Positions 25,395 through 36,881 of a stretch of 64,000 nucleotides of DNA are shown piece after piece (the first letter of the stretch is position 1; each line of letters starts with the position of its first letter). The translations under genes were made by a program, and so were the position numbers. The notes beneath the pieces were generated by a model. The model saw only the letters and a list, made by a program, of their open reading frames with translations. It had not been told where the DNA came from and did no database searches. This DNA is from Raillietiella orientalis (lineage: Eukaryota), in the NCBI GenBank assembly GCA_036172245.1, contig JAYWIR010000028.1, forward strand, positions 1,984,001-2,048,000, written 5' to 3'.

Positions 25395-28300
25395 GAAGGA
25401 AAGAAAGAAGGAAAGAAAAGCGAAATCTATAATGGTGAGGGTGCCTCTTGCTCTTCAACCACCGCTCGCTGAGCAGTTTAAGCCCCGCAGAATGTAGAAG
25501 AGCGGAACGAAGTGCTAGAAATCATAGATGGGACGTTTTCCCCACCTGAGTCGTAACGGCAAAGGGGCAGGGAGGAGGCTCCATCGAGAAAGGGAGTTTA
25601 GGAGGAGGAAAACTTTCTAGAAGATTTCTCTCGCTCTGAGGAAAACTAAGCGAACGATGGGGAGGAAGAATTTCCTTCTACGGGACGAGCGGCAGGGTGG
25701 GCGCGAGACCGGGGCGTGGCGTTGCCGTCCCTCAAGGCCCCCTTCCACTTCGTCCGAACGCGATGCCGCCTTTGTCCTGAGGCGGTCGGCTGTGTGGCGG
25801 TACCCCGGTGACCTCCTGAACTTCTTCTGCAGGCGCTCGCTTGAGAAACGGCCGCGCGAAGACACGCACGAAACAAGTGCAAGGTCGTCCAAGGTCGCGC
25901 CGTGTCTCTTTCGCCGCCGCGCTCCCGTCTGCCATCCTTCCTCTTCCCCCGTATCCCGCTCCAGGGATCGGCGGGGAGGGGATCCAGTCAGCGAACCCGA
26001 CGGGCTCGAAGACACGACCCCGGAGTGTTCAGGTCGGGGCTGCCTCTTGAGACGTCGGTGGAACGGGCGCCGGTCTGCCTCTTCCCTCTCCGGAGGGCGT
26101 CCTGAGCTCTTCCTCCGGCTTCGTTGCGGTCCGTAAGGAGGAGGAGGAAGAGCGAGCGAGAGGAGTTGTGAGTCGGCCGGCCTCGAGCCCTGTCGCCACC
26201 CCTTTGCCGAACCGCGGGTTTCCACCGCCCGGAGGCACACCTCGTGCTGCGATGCGCGCAGTCTGTCTCCAGGGAAAGTCGGAGGGTGCTGGTGCATCGA
26301 CTCGACGTTTTATGTGGCTGGCACATCCCGGAAGTGGAGAGGGACTCTCCCTTCTCTCGATGTGACCTAGAGCAAGGGAAACGTCTCCAGAGGGGTGACT
26401 GACGAACGTCCCCACCAGGACTGCCAGGCTCTCGTGGATTCAAACCGCTGAGCGCGTCCCCTAGCCCTCTGGCACTCCCCATTTCCAGCGCTTCCCGCTT
26501 CCGGGTCCGGCGATGGGAGGTCCTCGAGGTCCCGGAGAAAAGGCGACCGCCTTTCTCGACTTGCCTCTTGACTTCCGCCCCGGTGCTGCTTCCTCTCAGA
26601 GCGGAGAAGGACAGCAAGAGCTTCCCGACGCGGAGGTCTCCTCGGGAGGAAGAAGAGGAGGAGGAGGCGGGGACGGGATGGAGCACCAGGAGGACTCGCG
26701 CGCCAGTGGCCACGGGGGTGCAACGGAACCAGAGGGGAGTCCGATCGTCTCCGCTCTTCAGGCGCTGATCTCCCGCTGCTTGACCTCCTTTCTGCACGCA
26801 TCGCACTCTCTCCAAGAACCAGTCGGCGATGGATGAGGCAAACAGGAAGGAGAGGGGGGAGTCGAAGCAAGGAAGGAGAGGAGTAGGCACTAAGAAAGAA
26901 CCTTCCGACACTCCCTCCCTACCCACCATTCTGGTTCCAGGATTCGTCGCTTCCTTGAAGACCAGAGAAGTTGCCAGTTTCCTTGTGGTACCGTGAGAGA
27001 GTAGGGGTGCCTTTTCCTCTTGCTCCTCCTCCTCATTATCATCATCATTCCTCCCTTTTTCCTTCCTTCCTACCTCCTTGTTTCTCCCCCTTTCCTTCCT
27101 TCCTTTCTTCCTCCCCCTCCCCCTCCTCTTCTTTTTTCTCCTCCTCTTCCTCATTCCTCCCTCCTCCTTCTCCTAGTACTATTTACTATCCTCATCGTCA
27201 TCGTCATCACGACACTGTGTTTGCTTCTCTGCGTCTCCCGCAAGGTCCCATGGCTTGACGGGCGCTTGGCGGCTCCTGGCCGCCAAGGTCGTTCAAGGAA
27301 CTTCCCCGCACCCCTCGTCGCCGCCGCGGAGCGAGCGCGTTCCCGGAGAGCGCCAATCGATCGCGTGCCCATTTTTCTCTCCTTTCCTTTCCCAGGAAAA
27401 TTCTTGCCTCGTCCCGGGATGGAAATCCGGTCCGGAGCCATTGCCTCGGGGAGGAGGGGGGTAAAGAGGACAAGGGGGGGGGGACTGTTGTAAAGAACGA
27501 CGGCACCGGACAACGTGGCAGAAGGGGGAGACCTGAAAGCGACTGTACTTCGCTTGAGTGGGACGGAGGGAGGGAGAAGGAAGTTTGCGGGAAGACCGGA
27601 CGGGGGGGAGGGGGAATTTGTGGGATCGGGATGACGGCGATACCTCCTCCTCCTCCGATCGAGGGCTCCGGGACGCCGGTCGCAAGAAGAGAAAGGTGGC
27701 GCGATGACTTCATGGAATCGGAGGAGGGCGAGCAAGCGATGCCGTGGGCATATCGAATCAACGAGAAAAGTGGGCGCCAGCAACTCTCGAGCCTTCCGGG
27801 CAGCATGCGCCTCCCGCGAAGCCACCTCCAACAGGTGAGACACGCATTCGCAGGACCACTTTTGGCCGGAAGGGTATTCCCAGGCTGTAGATCCAACCTC
27901 TTCTCCCCTCTCCCTTCCTTTTCTCGAAAGAAGGAGGGCGCGAAATAGAAGAGTGGCGGAGACTGACCATCGCATCTGGAGCCTCGTTGGCCTCTGAAGT
28001 CTCTGTCAAAGGACGAAGGGGATTTCGGTGGGACTCCCTACGGGTCAAGAAACAGAATGACTCTTCCCAGGCGCTGTGGCCTTTGTGACCTTCTGGAGCG
28101 TTTGTACCTATCGTACGTCCTCGACACACTCCTCACTTCAGTTTTGAGATACGCGTGACAAGCGGCAAAAAGGAAAGCGGGGGCCTCGGTCTCCCAGTTG
28201 CCCCAGCAACCCTCCTCCCCGTGGGATCACCCTGTGAGAGAGCGAAAAGCACGGTTGATCTCTGAGGCATTTCAGCGTTTGAGAGTTGCAAAACCAAGAG

Positions 28301-31300
28301 ACCTGGGGGTGAAGACCCTACTCCGTTTCGCGGAGTTCAAGATTTTTGGTCTACCTCGCTCCTCTCCCCCTCCAGCCACCTGCTGCATCTACTCCTCCGA
28401 GACCTTGGTGACACATCTTGGCTCGCCACCCGCGCATCTCCGTGTCCTCTTCATCTCTCGATCCGCTTCTGCCCGACGCATCCGCGGGGGGCGAGACGAG
28501 GGTTTGGAGAGGCGGCTGGAAAGGCGAGCCACGGAAGTCAGCAGGGCAAGTTGGAGCCCGAAGACTACGAGCACTGGTGCTCGCGCTACAGATGCCGATG
28601 CGGTTACCAAGCAACATCAGCAAGTTGCGACTGCTTGCTCTTCGTTCCTCGTCAAGTTCCTGCTTTCTTCGGAAGCCTTTGTGGGTCCTGGAGATCAGGT
28701 CGGAGAGATTCCAGGACACTTGGTCTGTCTTCAGCGCAAACTTTACCCACCGTTTCCAAGGGTGCAGAAAATTTTAATTTTTTTGCTTCTGCTCATCGAC
28801 AACCGTCATCTGTCAATATCGTTTCAAAAAGCTCGGGCGTCAGCGGTTGCCATGATGGAAGAGAAGTCTCGCTCTTCTCCGCGCATGCAGTTCCTTTATG
28901 GGCAACTCTTCTGTACAAAGTTCTCACGCAGTGGTACAGAGCTCGTTGCTCCATGCCTACCGGGACTCGTGGCGAAGGGGGCTTTCGAATTTTTCTGTCT
29001 CTTCAGGATGTCCCCCCCGTCCCCCCAACCCAAGCGATGCGAAGACAGACACGAAAGAAAGTGGATGCGACCGCCCGTGTTGGAAATTATCCTTTTCGAA
29101 GGAATGATCGTTTCTGATCCTTTCACAGATCGCACTGATTCGTTGCAGTCTTCGGGATGATTTTCACCCTGGAAGATGTGGTTTTTAAGGGTTTATTTAC
29201 CACTTGCTTTTTAGTCTTCCAGCAGTCTGCTGAATCATTAGCTTGCGTTTCCTTTTTGGGCGCTTGTTCGTAACTTTCTCGAGTCATTAAAGCTTTGAAA
29301 TTCGCTTGCATCTCGCTGAGTACCCACTGGGATGTCTTTTCCATGGCAATCTGAACACTTTGTAATCGCAGCGTTCATGCGCTCGGTGTAGAAAGGATGC
29401 GGAAACTCGTTGATCCACATGGCACATGTGGCAGTCGAACTGCGCTCGTGTGACGGCCTGGGGCAAGTTTCCTTGAGATAAGCACCCATAGATTCTTTTT
29501 CCTCCCACGACAGCTTCTATAGCAATAGCCGCCGCAGTATTTAATGAAGGGCATGTCTAGTGCTCAAAAAGATGGTAAAAGAGCAGTCCTCTATTCCTAC
29601 CCCGCCACTTTTTGAATCTCTTTCGTGATCATTATTTCGTAAAGGATGGATTGTGCAAAAATCATTGGGGGGTTGCATGTCGTTCTGAAGTCATGTTTCA
29701 AATCACTGTTCAGATTGGAATGAAATTCAACTTCAGGTGCTGCCTGGATTGATCCATATGTACGAACAAGGAGGCTGCCAGAATATATCCATTTTTGCTA
29801 ATGTTCTTTTTGACGAGGAGCATTTGAAGAATGGATGCTTCCCCATTGTAGAAGACTTAGTGTTGTTCTCTATTCAGAGAGGTAGGATTTTTTTCGAAAA
29901 AAAAAAAAAAAAAAAATGTTCCATTTGCTATTCAAACGGCATTTTCTCATCTTTGGTCGTTGATGCCGGGGTGTTAAAGATCGGACTCTGAGCGTTAAGA
30001 AACCACGATGGGCATCAATGTTTTTAGACCGAACGAGCAGCAGTGGAAAACGTCAGGCGGATGGAAATTTCGGGATCAGGATCGGTTGATGTTGTTGGTT
30101 GTTTCGTTGTTTTCTCAGCCGCCGAATTGACAAGCTGCTGCGCTCGCAAAAGCCACTGCCCGTTGCGGCTGAAATGATTCTCGAGAAAATCAGTTGATGA
30201 CGGAACTTTGCTCTTTAAGATAGAAGAGCAGCAGCGAAGAATTCGGACAAAGTCCCGTACGAAATGGGGGTCTTTGGGCAAACATCAAATGGCTTTCACA
30301 TCGATCGATGACTCTCAAAAGGATGTACACACTCTTCATTTCTTGGTCGCTCCTTTCTCCTGAGGATTCTGGAGTTTTTCTCCTTGCTGCTGTCGTTGCG
30401 TCTTACTTCTTCCTATCTCTCCATATCGAAGGATTCATCCATGATCGTAGTCAAGGAATAGTGTCGACGCCAACATCACTTGCGCGATTGTCCACAGCCT
30501 TCGCAAACGGTGATTCATCGAAATGACAGGATCGCAAGATACTGGTTGAAACTGAAAATGTTCTTGAAGGAATGTCACCGGAAGCAAGTGAAGATGAAAT
30601 TTCCGTAGATGTAGACGCAGTCCGATCATTCGTGTATGCATACGGTGTTCCGAAACACTGTGGGGAAACAACTTCGGAGTTTGCGTCCGGCGAGTCCATT
30701 AGAGAAAGCAAATTCGTTTCCAGTACACCCAGTCAGCCTTTAACAGCTCCTCGCCGTAAACCTTCCGAAGGCATCTTCTTGCCTTCCTTGCTTTTTAGGC
30801 ATGTCACGGCATCCCTGATCGCTTGTTGCTCAGCCTCTTGGGTTGTCCGAGCTGCAATCTGCTGCCGCTCGACGCGCTTCGGAATCGCCGGAGAAAACGA
30901 GCGTCATTCCGGGAAATCTCGAAAAGCAGCCCCACGGGATTCCGTGACGTCACACTCGGTGGTTTAGAGGGGGACCTCCCTGACATCACTCGAGGCTGCC
31001 GTCCGAAGCTCCTGAACGGCGGCCTATTTTGCAGGAACAAAGGAGCCTCCACGTCCAAGAGTCGCGAAAGGCTTCGAAAAGAAAAAAAAAAAAAACACAT
31101 CCTATTTCTTGCCGTAAACATGGCAAGAAATAGGATGGATCGTTTGGAACTGAGGAACTCTTCGAGCTGCCCCGAGTCGAGGCGGAACTCGTGTCAGAAA
31201 GTGCAGGTTCCACTTGACGAGAAGCCTTGCCGATGACCTATGGATCAAGCGATCACGAGTGACAAAGACAGGAGGGTTGAGAGCAAGAATCTTTGCCGCG

Positions 31301-34300
31301 AGTACCTCCGTTCGATCCCTACTTTTTAAGTAATCGCGTGTTAAAAAAAAAAGAAAAAAAAAAAGGCAATTCGTTTTCTTCCCCAGTTTTCAGCATCGAT
31401 TTTTCGGGATGGAGTTGATGTTTCTTTTAGTCGGGATCAGTAGCAGGATTGAGAGAGCAGATTGGTCGCAATTTTCCATGTCAGGGCACCCGAGATCCTG
31501 CGATTCATCTCTCTTGAAATTTCATATCAGTACTCCTTCAGACTTTCCCGTTGTCTTCGGTTCCAGCGAGGATAGCGAAGGAGGTTACATCCTCAAAAAA
31601 CGTCTAGCCTGAGGACCCAATTCAATTTAGAGCGCGCTTTTGTTTTCACAGTATGAGTCAAAGAGATCTTCAGGAAGACAGAACTCGAGTTGACTGCTGG
31701 AGTTAACGATTTGAACTCATAATTTCCAAGAATCTCCAAAGGAAGCTTGGTCGCTCCCCTCTCGTCATAATCCTCGTGCACCAGACAAAGCCATCCTTGG
31801 CAAGGAGAAAAATTGACCGTTGGAGAAGTCATCTCCTCGGGAAAACTCACTCCCCACCGTATTCCCGGAATGCTCATATGAGGGGAGTCGCTTCGGAAGG
31901 GGGGTCGAATGAGTAAAGGGAAGTTGGCATCCTTGCAGGCCTGCCTTAAAGAATGCACATCAGGGAGAAATGGGCCTGCGTTTCACCTTTTAGATCCGTT
32001 CAAAACGAAAAATCTTCCATTCGTTTCATCGTTTTCTCTCTCTTCTTCTTTTTTTTTTTTTTTGATACTTTTAGAACGGAATTACTTACGGAATTCTAAT
32101 TCATAAGGATTCCTTCTGTTCGCATTTTTTGCCCTTTCCTCTTTTTCGAACATTTGGCGAGAATCAAATTCGTGTGTCAAGCCGCGAGTGGTTGTTCTTT
32201 AGCTGGCAGGACTGTCCCAAACCCTGCTGTCCCAGAGCTGTCCCCTGAAGCTGCGTTCTTTGTTTTGCTTTGCTTTTTGCATCGCTAGATCTCAAGAGGT
32301 GTATCTCGAAGCGCAAACTCGCGCAGATGCCAAGTCGGGAAAAATCACACCGATTGCCGTGATTGATCACGAGGAGCTGCGTTTGACAAGCTTCCGAACA
32401 GCCCCATAGTGTGCCTGCACAAGGTGTTCAGGCAAGGAGAAAGAGCGTGCAAATGGCATCCGTGCCTTGCACCACTGTAGAAGAGCTTCCGTGTCTAATG
32501 CGGGACTACATCCAAGTACCTAAATAGGTGCACGTAAATGTACGTGCCTCAAAACGCCAGGAGTCATCACATCATCATGCTTCCACGGACACTTCGTCAT
32601 GCAGCAGAATCGGACGGTACTAGAAGGAATCCTGCTTGTTTCACCAACCCTCGAGCCCGACGTACTACGTGAAGCACCAGAGCCAGGGGGAGCGACGCTG
32701 CTGAACTAGCGGCGGTGAGGGCATCACGTAGAGTCCAGGAGACTTTCTGGACCTCGTCGGCGGCTGTGTGGCCACGGTCTCCGCGGGCAGTACCAGGCGT
32801 GGCGGGTTCGAACCCCCACGTAGAGCACCGGCTCCGAGAAATCGAGGTGGGTTTTGAGTCCCCTCGGCAGGATGGCGCTGGTTGAAGTTCAGGTGCAGCA
32901 CTGTTCGAAGCTGGAGCCCTTATTGACTGGCCGGGATTGGAATTTGACCTCTGGGGCCTTCCAGGAATCAGTGAGTCGATTGCCTCCGGGATTATTCCCT
33001 AGCATGAAGAGTATGCACCCTCGGCTGGCGTGCACAGAGTCAAAGAGCTCTGTGAGTCCCAAGGACAAGGAAGGACAAAGAAGCCAAGGAAGCTTTCTGA
33101 GGGACGGAAAGAGCGAGTCAGATGCCAACCGTGATATTTTCTTCTCGGCTGAAGTGGACCTTCCTCCTCATGAAAATTCCAGAAAATCAGATTTTTCGCC
33201 TCGAAAAAAAAAAAGCACTAAAATCTCCGGGAAGATTCCATCGATTTCCATAATCGAATATTGCAGTGCTGGCCGTCGCAGATAAGACATTCGGGACATT
33301 CGAGAGCGAACACTCGCCTTCCAAAGTCTGTGTGCAACCGGTCTTGGCTGAGGCACCTGGCTTCCCTTGTTACCTCTTCCCGTTCCGGATCTTTTTCCCA
33401 GGCGATTGCCGACGCACAGAACGTACGTTCCGAGACAGCAGTACCTGCGGTATCGCACACGGTATGGCTGTGTGTCAACGGGGGCCAAATGCAGGAGCCC
33501 GGAGGCTGACTTCTTTCCGTACCCGTTTCTCTGCGATGGCGAGCAACTGACCTTGAATACGAGTGGCGCTCAGGCTCCGAGACTGCGCCGAAAAGCAGGA
33601 GCGGAGCCGTTTCTGAGTCTCGTCGTCTCAGAACGGCAAGTACCCTCAGGAGGTGCCGGCGAGCAGAATGGGTTGCGCGCGGAAGAGTCTGAACGCGATC
33701 TTTCCTGGAGCCTCCGGCTCAGACCTTGGTGGTAGGAGCAACTAATCGAGTGATATGCTGGAGTTTTGACGTGGAGGAGGTTCCTTTCAACGGGAACAGC
33801 CTTTGAGCACGTTTCAGTCTACCCGAAGCTCCCGGAGGAATATGGTACGGAAGCATTGTACCGTGGGTCCATCACGGAGAAAAACAAGAGGGAAGCTCTT
33901 GTGAGGCTCTACATCTTTGGGGTGCGCGAAAGTGAGTTCTTGCAGCTTCCTGTTGGCAACATTTTTGAGCCCGTAGTGAGGGTACCGGACCAAACAGTAG
34001 GAAGCTGCGTTCTCGCCCAAAGGTGTTCTCGTTCTCCCCCTCTCCTGCACCCGGAAGCATAGTCTTTCATCCCTGGTGCACCTTTCTCCAGAAGACTCAT
34101 CAGAGCTGCTCTCGTGGGTTTGCCGGTTCTTGAAGGGACTTCTGTGTCTGCTTGAACTCTGCTTTTGGCGGAAGACTCCCGTTCCCAGGTCGCGACTCTG
34201 ACGCCACAGCTGAAAGGTGGCTGGTCACCCCGGCGCAGAAAAGGAGACGATTCGGATGTAAAGGCTGTCGTCTTCCGGTTCGCTCCGACGGTGTTGCCGC

Positions 34301-36881
34301 CGCTTCTGCTGCCACTGCTATCAAGCTCGTTTTCGGAGGCGAAAGCAACGAGAAACGCGAAGAATCTCAAACCGAGATTCTCGGCTGAGGTGTCCTTCTG
34401 CGAAAGAATTCCCGGTTCGGTTCATCCGGCAGAGAGGGCTCTCCAGTCGCTCTGTTCCTCCTCCTGCGCCGCCAGGGCGGTCGTCACCACTTCGTGGACG
34501 CCGATCGCACTTTCACTCACCACGAGCAGCCGCGGCAGCCAGCCAGAGAGGCTTCCGGTGACGGCGGTTCGAACCCACCGGCAGGATGGCGCAGCACGTG
34601 GAAGAAGCGGCATCGACCTTCCGGCGCTGCTGCTGACCTCGGTTCGCCCGTGGAGAAGAGACCGCTCGTGCCGCCGCTGCCGGCAGCTTCGCCCCCGATC
34701 GCCCGCTGCACCGAGGTACACGAAAGCGTGCTGGTGGCCGAGGACACCAGCAGCCGTCTTCCACTGCGTCCGGCAGGCGATCTCCGGTCTTCGCGAGCGC
34801 GCGAGGAGGAAAGGCGAGGAGGGGTGGAGGCCGAGGGCGGCGGGAGGGGCAAGAAGTGGGCTCTCTCTCTCGTCCGATCGCGCGATGGGCTGCGCTGGCG
34901 CCGGCGCCACCTCCGCTGCCCGCCTCCAGTCCGCTCGCCTTGCCCTCTTCGCGCGCGCGCGTGCATAAATCTCCCCCTCACGTGTTTTCTCTGTTGCACG
35001 CTGCACCCAGGATGGAGCACGGGTAAGAAGCCGCTCCGCGGGCAAGCGCATGTTCAGCACAGGCTGTTTAGGTGTCTACGACTCCCGCACTCGGGTGCTC
35101 ATGGCGTACGTAGCGATGCTGCTCAACATCAACGTGCGCAAGTTGATGTGGTTCGAGGAAAAGATCGCCCTCCTGATCCGGCAGCTGCTGCACCTACCCA
35201 ACAAGTGAGGGTCCTTGACAGATTTGGCTTGGCGCTCTGGCGATAGTTGGGGGGGGAGGGAGGCGGTCGCTTTGTGGGGAGAGCGCGCGCGCATTTCCGA
35301 AGAGACGTCCCATGGCGGCGAAAGGGGGAGAAAAGAAAAAAAAACTCCCTGTTCTCTTCCCTTTTCGTCAAGGGACGAATGCGGAGAGAAGAAGCAGCGC
35401 GAAAAATTCAAGAAGATCAAGCGCTTCGCCTTCATCGGCGCAGCCACGGTGAGCGCGGGCGCCATCGTGGGACTCACCGGCGGCATGGCCGCCCCGCTGA
35501 TAGCCAGCAGTCTGGTGGGCGTCCTGGGCATGTCGGGAGCCGCGGCCGTGAGCTCCTCGGCGGGCATCCTCATGATGGGGTCCGTGTTCGGGGCGGCGGG
35601 AGCAGGGCTCACAGGTCAGCGGCGGGAGGGAAGGTCGAGCAGGAGGCGCTGCAAGGTGAGCGGGAACCGCAGGCTACAAGATGGCCCGCCGGATCGGCAA
35701 GATGGAGGAGTTCCGCTTCGAGAGGCTGAGCAAGGGCATCCACTTCCACATAGCGATCGCGGTCACGGGATGGCTCGCGGATGAGGACGAGGACGGGTTC
35801 CTCAAGCCGTGGAAGAGCCTCTTTCTGTCCGACGAGCAGTACTCCCTGAGATACGAGTCCCGGTACCTCCTGGAGCTTGGAAAAGGGATTAGCTACCTGA
35901 AGGAGCTCATGTTCTCCCTGGCGGCGCAGGAGATCCTCCGAGTGACCTTCCTTTCCGGTAAGATCACCCCTCCTTCCCTGCGAGCGGAGAAAAGCCGAGA
36001 TTCTCTCCTTTTCCTCTTCTTCCTCCTTCTTCTCCAGGATTCATCGCCGCGATAACATGGCCCACGACCCTGCTGTCCTTGGCCTCCTACATCGACAACC
36101 CCTGGAGCGTGTGCTGCAAGCGCTCTGTCGAGGTCGGCCTCGAACTGGCGGACGTCCTTCTCCGCAGGTCACACGGAAGGAGACCCGTGTCGCTCATAGG
36201 ATACTCTCTCGGCGCTAGGGTCATATTCTACTGCCTGAAGGTCTGTGCTGCTCTGATCGCAGCGCCGGACGATGACCCGAACCGGCCTCCTTCAGGAAAT
36301 GTCGCGGAGGAAGGATTGCGAAGGGATCGTTCAAGACGTGGTGCTCCTCGGAGCTCCGGTGACTGGGAGCACGAAGGAATGGCGTTCCCTCGGGAGGGTG
36401 GTCAGCGGGCGTCTCATCAACGGGTACAGTAAGTAAGTGAGGGAACCTCCCTTGCCTCGAGGCGCAGTGACGCTGCTGCCGCCCGTCCACAGAAACGACT
36501 GGATCCTCAAATTCTTGTACCGGACCTCTTCCGCAGCCCTCAAGATCGCGGGGCTTCAGGAGATCTCGTGGGACGACCGGAGGATGATCAACATCGATCT
36601 CTCGAGCATTGTAGGCGGTGTGTGAGTCACGAAACGCGTCACTTCCGAAAGGACAGAGGTCTCTCCCCTCAGGCCACGTCGAGTACAGCGACAAGATGGA
36701 GAGCCTGCTGAAGTGGCTCGGCCTCAACTACTACAGCACTCTGCAGTCGCCGCTTACTCTGGGGAGCGTAGAGTACGCGTTTCCTAGGCGGAGGCGCCTC
36801 TCCAAATCCGAACCCGCGTTGTTCCGCGGTCGCGCGAGTGAACGGAAGCCGTCGAAGCGTCGCGCCTCCAGCTTCAGCTAG
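25043..36881 (+). CDS. TMCO4: Transmembrane and coiled-coil domain protein 4 (DUF726, alpha/beta-hydrolase-like), 9 coding exons, ~547 aa
   Basis: Exons 25043-25207, 29737-29881, 35072-35204, 35373-35614, 35673-35957, 36038-36240, 36296-36432, 36493-36617 and 36673-36881 join through GT-AG introns with consistent phases (1644 nt total). The translation is collinear with TMCO4: LSEPGLFAYGALCAMSL, GVYDSRTRVL, KIKRFAFIGAATVSAGAIVGLTGGMAAP, FGAAGAGLTGYKM, IDNPWSVC, RPVSLIGYSLGARVI (GxSxG), DVVLLGAP, GGHVEY. The start could instead be the in-frame ATG at 25028. Confidence 0.93.
27010..27210 (+). repeat. CT-rich low-complexity tract with (TCA)n in TMCO4 intron 1
   Basis: Imperfect (CCT/CTT)n and (ATC)n runs. 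Confidence 0.8.
32760..32900 (+). repeat. tRNA-derived SINE-like repeat, family A, copy 2 (in TMCO4 intron 2)
   Basis: B-box GGGTTCGAACCCC and collinear similarity to 7910-8070. A short related piece lies at ~34562-34592. Confidence 0.6.

Noticed and set aside
25988..27154. 388-aa minus-strand ORF
   Set aside because: It starts in a CT-rich low-complexity tract, has no recognisable domain and lies in GC-rich intronic DNA where long ORFs arise by chance.
28198..29160. 320-aa plus-strand ORF in TMCO4 intron 1
   Set aside because: Not needed for TMCO4 collinearity and no recognisable homology.
30530..30660. Exon-like acidic segment (DRKILVETENVLEGMSPEASEDE...) in TMCO4 intron 2
   Set aside because: Exons 2 and 3 already join in phase and match TMCO4 without a gap. 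It cannot be supported without RNA data.
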